DNA from: a virus
Taxonomy: Duplodnaviria; Caudoviricetes
Length of the DNA: 24,076 nucleotides
Virus record (IMG/VR): IMGVR_UViG_3300012940_000104
Coordinates: 1 to 24,076 of that record
Direction: 5' to 3' (one strand)
In this document: one piece after another, positions 16,599-23,958 of the stretch
Layout: each line of letters opens with the position of its first letter
How positions within the stretch are numbered: position 1 is the first letter of the stretch
Position numbers and translations under genes: made by a program
Notes under the pieces: generated by a model
Database searches by the model: none
The model's input: only the letters and a program-made list of their open reading frames with translations
What the model was told of the DNA's origin: nothing

Positions 16599-18320
16599 AT
16601 GGCTACGATGCAAGAGCTGGAAGCGGCGCTCATCAAAGCGGATGCGGCGGGCAACACGGCGGACGCCAAGGTGTTCGCCGACGAAATCCGGCGCCTGCGC
16701 GCTGCTGGCCAGCCCCCGGAAGGGAACGCGGTGGGAGATTTCGTTCAGGGCATCGGCGGCGGGTTCGGCCGCGTTGCTACGGCAGCGGCAGAGTTGGTCC
16801 CGCGCGGGCTGGATGCAATCGGCCTGGAGCGCGCTGCCGAATGGGCGCGCAACGATATTGCCCCCTCGCGTCAGAACCTTGACGCAGGCATGGCTCGCCT
16901 CAAGGCCCGTAGCCCAATGGCGACGGGCGCAGGTGAGCTTGTCGGCGAGATTGCTGCCACCTACCCCGTCGGCGGCGTCTTGGGCGGCGCCGTGCGGGGC
17001 CTGGGGGCGGCTACAGGCGCAGGGCGGGCTGTAGCCCCGTTGGCGGACGCCCTGAGTTCGGCCGGACTGCGCTCTGGCGGGGTTGGGGGAGTGGGCGGCC
17101 TGGCGCTGAAAAGCGCGGGGGGCGCAGCCACGGGCGGTGCCGCGACGGCGCTAGTAGACCCACAGGCGGCGGGGCAGGGGGCTTTGCTTGGTGGGATGCT
17201 GCCTGGAGTCTGGCAGGGCACCAGCCGCGTAATGGGCGCGGCGGGAAAGGCCTTTCGTCCTGATGTGGCAGCACAGCCGCTTGCACAGCGAGCCGTCGAA
17301 CTGGGCGCTCCACTAGGCGTGGCCGATCTTTCCAACAACGGCATGGTGCGCGGCGCGCGCTCGATTCTGAATGATTCGATTTTTGCGGGCGGCGTAGGTG
17401 CAAAGCAGGAGGCTGCAAAGCAGGCCTGGTTTAACAAGGCAGTCGGGCGCACATTTGGTGCAGAGGCAGAATCATTAACCCCGGAAGTCATGGACGCCGC
17501 CAAAAAGCGGCTGGGGGACGAGTTCGACCGGATATGGGGTAACAACAACATCCGGGTTGATGACGAGCTCTTGGGGTCGCTTTCCAAGCTCCGCAATGAA
17601 GCAAACCTGCTGCCAGAGGGCGAGCAGCGCCGTTTGTTGTCTCATCTGGACGACATAGAGTCCCGAGTGGTCCCTGGCGCAGATGGTTCGATGATGATCC
17701 CGGGGGAGGTGGCCAACCGCTTCCAGTCTTCGCTGCGGCGTACCGTGGATGGCGCGCAGGGCTTTTTGAAGAACAATTTGAACGAGCTGCGCCAGTCGGT
17801 CGTGGGGGCGTTCAATCGTTCGGTCAGCCCGCAAGATGCGGCTGCGCTAAAGCTTACCCAGGGGCAGTACAAGGCAATGAAGACGGTCGAGCCGTTGCTT
17901 CAAAAGGCCGAAGCGAGTGTTGCAGGACGAACGCCCGGCGACATTCCGCCCGCACTCCTGTCGCAGGCTGTGGTGAACTCGTACAAGGGTGGGGTTGCCA
18001 ATTCGCCGCTTACCGAAGTCGCCCAAATTGGGCAGCGGTTTCTGGTGGACCGAGTTCCCAGGACAGGAGGTAGCCCCCGGGCACTCTTGCAGAACGCGGC
18101 AATCGGAGGCGCCCTCGGGACTGGGGCGTGGATGAACCCCTACACGCTTCTAGCGGTGCCAGCGGCGATGGGGATCAACCGTGCATTGGGATCGCCCGCC
18201 GTGGCGCGTGGGCTGATGGCCGCCCCGCAGGCTGGGGGGCTGCTGTCAGGAGGCGGCATCAGCGGTGGTTTGCTCGATCTCGCCGTTCGCGCCGCGCCTC
18301 TTCTATCGTCTTCCCAGTGA
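16599..18320 (+). CDS. DNA ejection protein (gp16 position)
   Basis: 573 aa, A/G-rich with glycine-zipper segments; last gene before the tandem terminators. Confidence 0.68.
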   Translation: MATMQELEAALIKADAAGNTADAKVFADEIRRLRAAGQPPEGNAVGDFVQGIGGGFGRVATAAAELVPRGLDAIGLERAAEWARNDIAPSRQNLDAGMARLKARSPMATGAGELVGEIAATYPVGGVLGGAVRGLGAATGAGRAVAPLADALSSAGLRSGGVGGVGGLALKSAGGAATGGAATALVDPQAAGQGALLGGMLPGVWQGTSRVMGAAGKAFRPDVAAQPLAQRAVELGAPLGVADLSNNGMVRGARSILNDSIFAGGVGAKQEAAKQAWFNKAVGRTFGAEAESLTPEVMDAAKKRLGDEFDRIWGNNNIRVDDELLGSLSKLRNEANLLPEGEQRRLLSHLDDIESRVVPGADGSMMIPGEVANRFQSSLRRTVDGAQGFLKNNLNELRQSVVGAFNRSVSPQDAAALKLTQGQYKAMKTVEPLLQKAEASVAGRTPGDIPPALLSQAVVNSYKGGVANSPLTEVAQIGQRFLVDRVPRTGGSPRALLQNAAIGGALGTGAWMNPYTLLAVPAAMGINRALGSPAVARGLMAAPQAGGLLSGGGISGGLLDLAVRAAPLLSSSQ

Positions 18321-18402
18321 TAAAGGCGTAGAGGAAGCTTGCGATTCCAATGATGATTGCACCGCCGATGAGCTTAATCCACAGCCAGTCAGTGAATTCC
18401 AA
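18259..18402 (-). CDS. 47-aa single-pass membrane protein, candidate superinfection-exclusion gene (not in the ORF track)
   Basis: Manual translation: TTG start after SD GAGGGGG gives MEFTDWLWIKLIGGAIIIGIASFLYAFITGKTIEEARRERRDRANHR*; one TM helix and an Arg-rich tail. Confidence 0.65.
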   Translation of the reverse strand: MEFTDWLWIKLIGGAIIIGIASFLYAFITGKTIEEARRERRDRANHR

Positions 18403-18432
18403 GGGTTCCCCCTCAATCAAGATCTAAGCATT

Positions 18433-18455
18433 GAGCCGCCTTCGGGCGGTTTTTT
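18433..18455 (+). terminator. Intrinsic terminator 1
   Basis: GAGCCGCC-TTCG-GGCGGTTT plus T run. Confidence 0.85.
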
Positions 18456-18458
18456 ATT

Positions 18459-18485
18459 GGGCCTCGCCAAGTGCGGGGCCTTTTT
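18459..18485 (+). terminator. Intrinsic terminator 2 (tandem)
   Basis: GGGCCTCGC-CAAGT-GCGGGGCCT plus T run. Confidence 0.75.
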
Positions 18486-18500
18486 CATTGGAGCCAGCAA

Positions 18501-19205
18501 ATGCCGGTCCCCGCATCACTAGACGATATTAGCACCACTCCGGCAGAAAACAGCCCGGCGGGCACGGAAAGCGTTTTCCCGGCCCTGGACGACTACCTTC
18601 GCACCGTTTTTGCGTTTATCGCTCAGGTGCGGGAGGGGCCGGTTCTGCTGACTTCGTTCCCTGACGATTTCCTCACGCTCGCCAAGCTCGCTCAGGCCGT
18701 CCAGCACGGGGTTGCCCAGCCTGGGGACTTCAAGTGGCGATTCACAGCCACACCTGGCGATGGGTGGCTTGTTTGTAACGGGTCGGCTGTCTCCAGGACG
18801 GAGTACGTCCTGCTGTTCGACGCCATCGGCACGACTTACGGGGCAGGGAACGGGACGACGACGTTCAACCTACCCGATCTACGTGCGGAATTCATTCGCG
18901 GCTGGGATGGGGGCCGGGGAGTGGATGACGGGCGCGTGCTGGGCAGCTCTCAGGCTGATTCGTTCCGTTCGCACACCCACACCGCGACGGCGTCCGCCGA
19001 AGGCCTTCACCGCCACAACAACGGGTCCGGGAACCAATCCGAGGGGCGCCCCGGCGGGGCGGTGACCGGCACAGGCGCGGGCTCGCAGTCTGTCACCGGA
19101 TACGACGGCGAACACACCCACACGATCACCGTTACGTCGGCCGGGGGAACGGAAACGCGCGGGCGCAACGTCGCACTGCTTCCTTGCATTTTCACGGGGC
19201 TCTGA
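18501..19205 (+). CDS. Short tail fibre with phage tail collar domain
   Basis: SD GGAG, ATG at 18501; collar motif GWLVCNGSAVSRTEY.LLFDAIGTTYGAGNGTTTFNLPDLRAEFIRGWD; three HxH motifs (HTH, HRH, HTH) and ETR.RNVAL end. Confidence 0.9.
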   Translation: MPVPASLDDISTTPAENSPAGTESVFPALDDYLRTVFAFIAQVREGPVLLTSFPDDFLTLAKLAQAVQHGVAQPGDFKWRFTATPGDGWLVCNGSAVSRTEYVLLFDAIGTTYGAGNGTTTFNLPDLRAEFIRGWDGGRGVDDGRVLGSSQADSFRSHTHTATASAEGLHRHNNGSGNQSEGRPGGAVTGTGAGSQSVTGYDGEHTHTITVTSAGGTETRGRNVALLPCIFTGL

Positions 19206-19207
19206 GC

Positions 19208-21847
19208 ATGCAGAAATACAAAAGCAACCTGCAGGACGCAGTGGGGCGAGCGATCGCTAACGCCCAGGTCACCGTACTCAACATCGATGGATCGGTCGCA
19301 GAACTGTTTTCCGATAACGGCGTCACGCCGTTAGCCAATCCGCTTGTGACAAACAAGCAAGGCGAATTCCAGTTCTATGCCGAGAATGGTCGGTACTCGT
19401 TGAGCATCCGCGCTCCTGGCTACACGGGCGAATCGGATATCGATGTTGTGCTGATGTTCGATCCAGATGACTTTTTGAGTGATGTGATAGGGCCGGACGT
19501 GGCGGCGGCCGAGCAAGCTGCGCAAGACGCAGAGGCGGCGCGGGATGAGGCTGTCGCGGTCGTCAACGGACTCGGCGGCCTGGAGGGCGCGATAGCCGAA
19601 GCGGAGGCCGCTGCGGCGAACGCTGGCAATGAGGCCGACCGGGCGCAAACCGAGGCGAACCGCTCAGACACAGAAGCGGACCGCGCGAAGGATGAGGCCG
19701 ACCGGGCGGGCACCGAGGCGGATCGCGCTGAAATGGCGGCGGATGCGGCGGCTCTGAACGCTGGTATCTACCCGGACACCACTGACGGCCTAGCCGCGAC
19801 GACCGACGGCCAGTACTTCAGCGTCCCCTCTGATGACGAGGCGGGCTACCTCGATCTGTATCGCAATGACTCTGGCGATGCGACCAAGGTCGATACCTAT
19901 CCGAACAAGGCGGTAGTGTTGGCCGAGGTAGCCGAGCGGACATTTTTAGTGCACCGCGAAGATGTCTTGGTGGTGCCCGACTATGGCGTCCCGATCGCTG
20001 AAGTGCAAGTTGATGCCGACGACCGCGTGACCTATATGCGGTTGCTCGCTGGCCCAATTTATCGCGAAGCCGCCGAGGGGTTGGTCCGTGTCTTGGACTC
20101 AACGGACATGGATATCGAAACCTCGGACGCAGTGCTTGTTCCTACGGTCAGGTCAGCCCTATCTAGTGTTTGGTTGGACAACGACGACCGAGTGCAACGT
20201 GCCGTAACGGCGCGTGGAGAGTGGCGCGCGACAGACAGTGGCCTCAGTTTGCCGGCGTCGTCGTCGGACCCTGACACCTTCGACTTGGTGATCTACGGGG
20301 CGACACTCTCTGGGTTGTGCGCCGGTATTGCAGCGGCGCGCGAGGGTCGCCGCGTAGCGATATTGGAGCCAACTGAGTTCGTGGGTGGGGCCATCGTGGC
20401 CGGACTGGCGTATCAGGATTTCACCAGCCCCAACGCGTTCACCAGGAGCTGTCTACGCGGCATCGCCCGTGAATACTATTCGATGTTGGCGCCCTACAAC
20501 TTGAAGCGGGCATTGGATGGTGGGCAGACCAATCAGAGCATCCTTAACGAGTTTCGAGGCGGCCCGCAGTTCCGTTTGCACCCCGCCGACGCTCGTGAGG
20601 TATTCGAAGAGCTGATCAGCCGATATGGTATTCACGTGCGCTTGGGCGTACGTATTGATGCTGCTCGCCATGTATGGCGCCGGGGCAGGAGGATTGGTGG
20701 CATCGTGACGCCCGCTGGTGTTGTGAAGGGGAGATACTTTATCGATGCCAGCTATGAGGGCGACCTCATCAAGCATTCGGGAGCTGGCTACCGTTACGGT
20801 CGAGAGTCAGAAACTGAGTACAACGAGCAGGGCGCTGGGTTTCGGCGCGCGAACGCGCGCACGGTTGCGGGGTACAGTACGAACACGTTTTATCCGGTGG
20901 GATCTGATCCGGGCACGCCGCACGGCGGGGCGGACGACGGATGCATGGGTTTTTGCTTCCGTGGGGTGATGACTCAGGAGGCGGAGCGGCTGCCCTGGCC
21001 GATGCCGGATGGCTACAACCGAACGGACTTTCTACCGCTGGCCGAGCAGATCGACGCTTATGGTGAAACCGCTTTTGTTACCAATGTCCCGGGTTTCGAC
21101 AGTGGCGCGGGCGGGCGCTTCCACGCCTACGATTTGCGGAACAACCAGCGGGTCAACTGGAATAGTAATCCCTGGTTGAGCCTCGATCTGATTGGCAAGA
21201 CGAAGAATTACCGAGACGGCAACTGGGCGGCCCGCGATGCCTTTGTGGCGGAGTTGGAATATTGGAACAAGGGGCTGTTCTATTTCCTTGCCAATGATTC
21301 TGCTGTTCCTGAAGGGATACGAACTAAAGCGAATAGCTGGGGCCTGCCTGTTGATGAGTTCCAGGATTCGCCATTGGGGGTCGGTTGGCCGCATTGGCCT
21401 TATATCCGTGCAGGTATTAGATTGCGCGGGGCCGAAACGCTGACGGGTGTTCATCAGTTGGCGGGGCAAACGTGGCCGACCCGGGTGATCTCCTGGGTTT
21501 ATCAACAGGACAGCAAAGCGTGCACTGCGTGGGCACATCCGGCAGACCCAACCGCCGTGTTGGAAGAGGGGTATATCCCTGCCCCGGACCTGACGGCACC
21601 TTACGAAATTCCCGCCGAAGTGATGTTCGAGGCCGAGGGCGGCCTGGAAAATCTGCTCGTATCGAACCTTATCAGCTGCACGAATGTGGCTTGGACCGCA
21701 TACCGCCTAGAGCCGGCATTGGGGATGATGGGGCATGCGGCTGGGCTGTTGGCGGCGCAATGCATGGACCGCGCAGATGCCGCAGTGCAGGACTATGACT
21801 ACAACGATCTTCGCCTGCGACTGAACGCTGGCGGCTTCAATTGGTAG
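19208..21847 (+). CDS. Tail spike-like protein with C-terminal FAD-dependent oxidoreductase domain (Pfam FAD_oxidored/PF12831-like), 879 aa
   Basis: N-terminal virion-attachment-type domain (LANPLVTNKQGEFQFYAENGRY), heptad stalk, GLAATTDGQYF.V module; from ~20279 Rossmann DLVIYGATLSGLCAGIAAAREG.RVAILE...VGG, FIDASYEGDL...G..YRYGRE, NLLV...RLEP..GHAAG. Confidence 0.85.
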   Translation: MQKYKSNLQDAVGRAIANAQVTVLNIDGSVAELFSDNGVTPLANPLVTNKQGEFQFYAENGRYSLSIRAPGYTGESDIDVVLMFDPDDFLSDVIGPDVAAAEQAAQDAEAARDEAVAVVNGLGGLEGAIAEAEAAAANAGNEADRAQTEANRSDTEADRAKDEADRAGTEADRAEMAADAAALNAGIYPDTTDGLAATTDGQYFSVPSDDEAGYLDLYRNDSGDATKVDTYPNKAVVLAEVAERTFLVHREDVLVVPDYGVPIAEVQVDADDRVTYMRLLAGPIYREAAEGLVRVLDSTDMDIETSDAVLVPTVRSALSSVWLDNDDRVQRAVTARGEWRATDSGLSLPASSSDPDTFDLVIYGATLSGLCAGIAAAREGRRVAILEPTEFVGGAIVAGLAYQDFTSPNAFTRSCLRGIAREYYSMLAPYNLKRALDGGQTNQSILNEFRGGPQFRLHPADAREVFEELISRYGIHVRLGVRIDAARHVWRRGRRIGGIVTPAGVVKGRYFIDASYEGDLIKHSGAGYRYGRESETEYNEQGAGFRRANARTVAGYSTNTFYPVGSDPGTPHGGADDGCMGFCFRGVMTQEAERLPWPMPDGYNRTDFLPLAEQIDAYGETAFVTNVPGFDSGAGGRFHAYDLRNNQRVNWNSNPWLSLDLIGKTKNYRDGNWAARDAFVAELEYWNKGLFYFLANDSAVPEGIRTKANSWGLPVDEFQDSPLGVGWPHWPYIRAGIRLRGAETLTGVHQLAGQTWPTRVISWVYQQDSKACTAWAHPADPTAVLEEGYIPAPDLTAPYEIPAEVMFEAEGGLENLLVSNLISCTNVAWTAYRLEPALGMMGHAAGLLAAQCMDRADAAVQDYDYNDLRLRLNAGGFNW
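19631..19735 (+). repeat. Five tandem imperfect 21-bp repeats encoding EADRAxx heptads
   Basis: gaggccgaccgggcgcaaacc / gaggcgaaccgctcagacaca / gaagcggaccgcgcgaaggat / gaggccgaccgggcgggcacc / gaggcggatcgcgctgaaatg. Confidence 0.9.
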
Positions 21848-21856
21848 AGGGAAAAA

Positions 21857-22723
21857 ATGGACGTTCGAATTACTCGCCAGCCTACTCCGTCGGACAACGA
21901 ATCTCTGCCGGGGATTTTGACCAATGCCGCAGAAATCGCGGTAGTTCAGCATTCCGCCTGCCGTGCCTACTACAAGCCTACGCGGGCGATGATTCAAGGC
22001 CTCACATCCGCCAGGCCGTTCGGAGTGCGCTCGTTCTCGAATTTTGATTCCTCCGTCATGTTTCCCTTTGATGCCGACTATTCTCCTGGTGTTGGGTCAG
22101 GTTTTCTGGAGTTCGGCACGGATGACACGCCGGCCAATAACGGCAACCTTTACGCGGGGCCTAACTTGGTCGCGCTCGATTTTCAATCTGGTTTCACGAT
22201 GGGAGCGGTGTTCCGAGCGCCAGCCGACGGTGGTGGTGCGATCGTCGGCAATATGGTGAATCAACAGAAGGTTGGGGAAAACTCGGCTAATCAGCGTTGG
22301 GCAGGTATTGCTCTTGGCTTCGGCGATACCGTGGACGTAGGGTCGTTGTTCGCCATGTTCTCAGGGCAGGCACTTCGCGTGCGAACGACGGGCTCGCACG
22401 ACTGGCGTGATGGGAACTGGCACGTCGCGGTATCAATTTTCGATTACGAGAACCAGCTTCTGAAAGTTCGCGTTGACGGCGGCCTTGAAGGCTCAATCGA
22501 AACTCAGACCGGCACGGGAACGCCCCGCGACATTACCGTGGTCGGCGGCGGGCAACAGCTCCGTATGGGCGCAACTGGCTTGCCTGATGGGCCGACCGAC
22601 TACCACTTCAAGGGTGATATTGCTCGCACTTTTGTCATGGCGTCTGGATCGGTTTCTGGTTCGATTATTACGGCCTGGGAGGCGTCCATGATTGAACAGT
22701 TCGGCATTGTTGCCCAAGCGTAG
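21857..22723 (+). CDS. LamG/concanavalin A-like domain protein
   Basis: SD GAGGG; FTMGAVFR, DGNWHVAVSIFD...KVRVDG, LRMGA and FKGDIA motifs in LamG order. Confidence 0.75.
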   Translation: MDVRITRQPTPSDNESLPGILTNAAEIAVVQHSACRAYYKPTRAMIQGLTSARPFGVRSFSNFDSSVMFPFDADYSPGVGSGFLEFGTDDTPANNGNLYAGPNLVALDFQSGFTMGAVFRAPADGGGAIVGNMVNQQKVGENSANQRWAGIALGFGDTVDVGSLFAMFSGQALRVRTTGSHDWRDGNWHVAVSIFDYENQLLKVRVDGGLEGSIETQTGTGTPRDITVVGGGQQLRMGATGLPDGPTDYHFKGDIARTFVMASGSVSGSIITAWEASMIEQFGIVAQA

Positions 22724-22754
22724 GCGGTGCCCAATTCACTCATCGGGAGGCTGT

Positions 22755-22970
22755 ATGCCTCAAAGGACTCTCAAGATGCAAGCTGAAATCGCCGCAGAGG
22801 CCGGGAAATCCACGCCACCGGCAGCCGTCGCGGCAGTTGAGGCGGTGGCCCGCGACGGGATAGGGCCGGTAGGCTGGGCGACTCTGGCATACATCGCACT
22901 ACAGTCGGCGTACTTGTTGTGGAAATGGTGGCGGGACTGGAAGCGTGCGAAAGCTGAGGGGACAGCATGA
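22755..22970 (+). CDS. Holin (probably pinholin) with dual start
   Basis: SD GGGAGG; TM segment WATLAYIALQSAYLLW with basic C-tail; ATGA overlap with the endolysin gene. Confidence 0.75.
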   Translation: MPQRTLKMQAEIAAEAGKSTPPAAVAAVEAVARDGIGPVGWATLAYIALQSAYLLWKWWRDWKRAKAEGTA

Positions 22971-23422
22971 GGGTTGGCGCCAAGATCGCGGGCGGGGTGA
23001 TCGCCGCTGCCGTTTCGCTGGTGGCGACCTTCGAGGGCCGTTCGCTTGTGGCTTACGTTGACCCGGTTGGCATCCCGACGATCTGCGAGGGTTATACGCA
23101 CGGCGTGAAGCTGGGTGACGTGGCCACGCATGAGCAGTGCGACGAGCTGACCCGGCAGGAGGTCGTGCAAGCCCTGGCGGTGGTGGACAAGTCGGTAAGC
23201 CGGCCTTTGCCTGATGGGGTGAGGGTCGCGCTTACCAGCTTCGTCTACAACGTCGGGCCCGGGGCCTATGGCGGCTCGACGCTGCTGCGCCTTCTGCGCG
23301 CTGGCGATATCCGTGGGGCCTGCAACCAGTTGCCGCGCTGGGTATACGCCGGAGGGAAGAAGCTGCGCGGATTGGAGCGCAGGCGGGAAGCGGAGCGGCA
23401 GATATGCCTATCTGGGCTGTAA
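22967..23422 (+). CDS. SAR endolysin, GH24 lysozyme
   Basis: G/A-rich N-terminal SAR segment; E-x8-D-x5-T triad (EGRSLVAYVDPVGIPT); FVYNVG and GLERRREAE motifs. Confidence 0.95.
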   Translation: MRVGAKIAGGVIAAAVSLVATFEGRSLVAYVDPVGIPTICEGYTHGVKLGDVATHEQCDELTRQEVVQALAVVDKSVSRPLPDGVRVALTSFVYNVGPGAYGGSTLLRLLRAGDIRGACNQLPRWVYAGGKKLRGLERRREAERQICLSGL

Positions 23423-23853
23423 AGCTGCTCGCTGGCGTGGTGCTGCTTGCCGGGGCGATCCTGGCCTGGCAGTGGCGCTGGTCGTCGGGCTATGACGCAG
23501 GCCATGCGGCGGCCCAGGCCGAAGCCCAGGCCCTTACCGCCGCCATCGAGCGCGGCATGCAAGCGGAGAAAGACCGTGCAGATGCGGAATATCGAGGGGC
23601 GATCCTGGCGCGTCAGGCTACTGATCGTCTTGTTGCTGACCAGCGCAAGCGCATTGACGGGCTGCTCGACCAGCTACGCCGTCGTCCCGAAACTGCCCGA
23701 GCCAGCAGCGGATTTGATGAGCCCGGAGAAGACTGGATCGGAATATTCGGCCAGTGTGTCGCGGAATATGAGCGAATGGGCGCAGAAGCTGGAAGGCTGG
23801 CTGACAAGGTAAATGGCCTGCAGGGCTATGTCAGGGCGATTCAGGCCCGTTGA
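23404..23853 (+). CDS. Rz: Inner-membrane spanin (Rz-like)
   Basis: N-terminal TM helix, coiled coil, LADKVNGLQGYVR C-terminus; follows the endolysin. Confidence 0.85.
   Translation: MPIWAVKLLAGVVLLAGAILAWQWRWSSGYDAGHAAAQAEAQALTAAIERGMQAEKDRADAEYRGAILARQATDRLVADQRKRIDGLLDQLRRRPETARASSGFDEPGEDWIGIFGQCVAEYERMGAEAGRLADKVNGLQGYVRAIQAR
23582..23812 (+). CDS. Rz1: Outer-membrane spanin lipoprotein (Rz1-like), embedded in Rz in the +1 frame
   Basis: MRNIEGRSWRVRLLIVLLLTSASALTGC signal peptide with lipobox LTGC, Pro-containing mature part. Confidence 0.82.
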   Translation: MRNIEGRSWRVRLLIVLLLTSASALTGCSTSYAVVPKLPEPAADLMSPEKTGSEYSASVSRNMSEWAQKLEGWLTR

Positions 23854-23860
23854 GAAAATA

Positions 23861-23876
23861 CTGTTCAGATATCCAG
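23861..23876. promoter_or_regulatory. LexA (SOS) box-like site
   Basis: taCTGTtcagatatCCAG, one mismatch to CTGT-N8-ACAG, with AT-rich spacer. Confidence 0.5.
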
Positions 23877-23918
23877 CGATCTGGAATCGAACGTCAAATT
23901 TCCCCCACACCTATCCGC

Positions 23919-23950
23919 AAAAGAAAAAGGCCCTCATCGCTGAGAGCCTT
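23919..23950 (-). terminator. Intrinsic terminator downstream of tRNA-Cys (may be bidirectional)
   Basis: Minus strand AAGGCTCTCA-GCGA-TGAGGGCCTT followed by TTTCTTTT. Confidence 0.8.
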
Positions 23951-23958
23951 GATTTTGC

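Larger units (their letters stand above)
1..23958 (+). mobile_element. P22-like temperate prophage (replication end, late operon, lysis); continues beyond the left edge
   Basis: Co-oriented, tightly coupled genes in the order terS-terL-portal-scaffold-capsid-adaptor-nozzle-needle-GNAT-ejection proteins-fibre/spike-lysis, ending at the 3' end of a tRNA. No tape measure or sheath gene. Integrase and repressor are not in the window. Confidence 0.93.

Noticed and set aside
16961-17596. 211-aa Pro/Ala-rich minus-strand ORF
   Set aside because: Composition is the reverse complement of Gly/Ala codons in the ejection gene.
18265-18522. 85-aa plus-strand ORF
   Set aside because: Reads through two terminator hairpins; the minus-strand 47-aa ORF explains the region better.
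19631-19735. Repeats as CRISPR array or DGR target
   Set aside because: In-frame coding repeats without spacers; no cas or reverse transcriptase gene and no TR/VR pair seen.
20279-21847. Oxidoreductase as a free-standing auxiliary metabolic gene
   Set aside because: No stop codon or obvious internal SD/start separates it from the spike N-terminus; it is one continuous frame.
23447-23581. Longer N-terminus for Rz1 given by the ORF track
   Set aside because: It would put the lipobox Cys at residue 73; ATG 23582 gives a normal signal peptide with Cys at 28.
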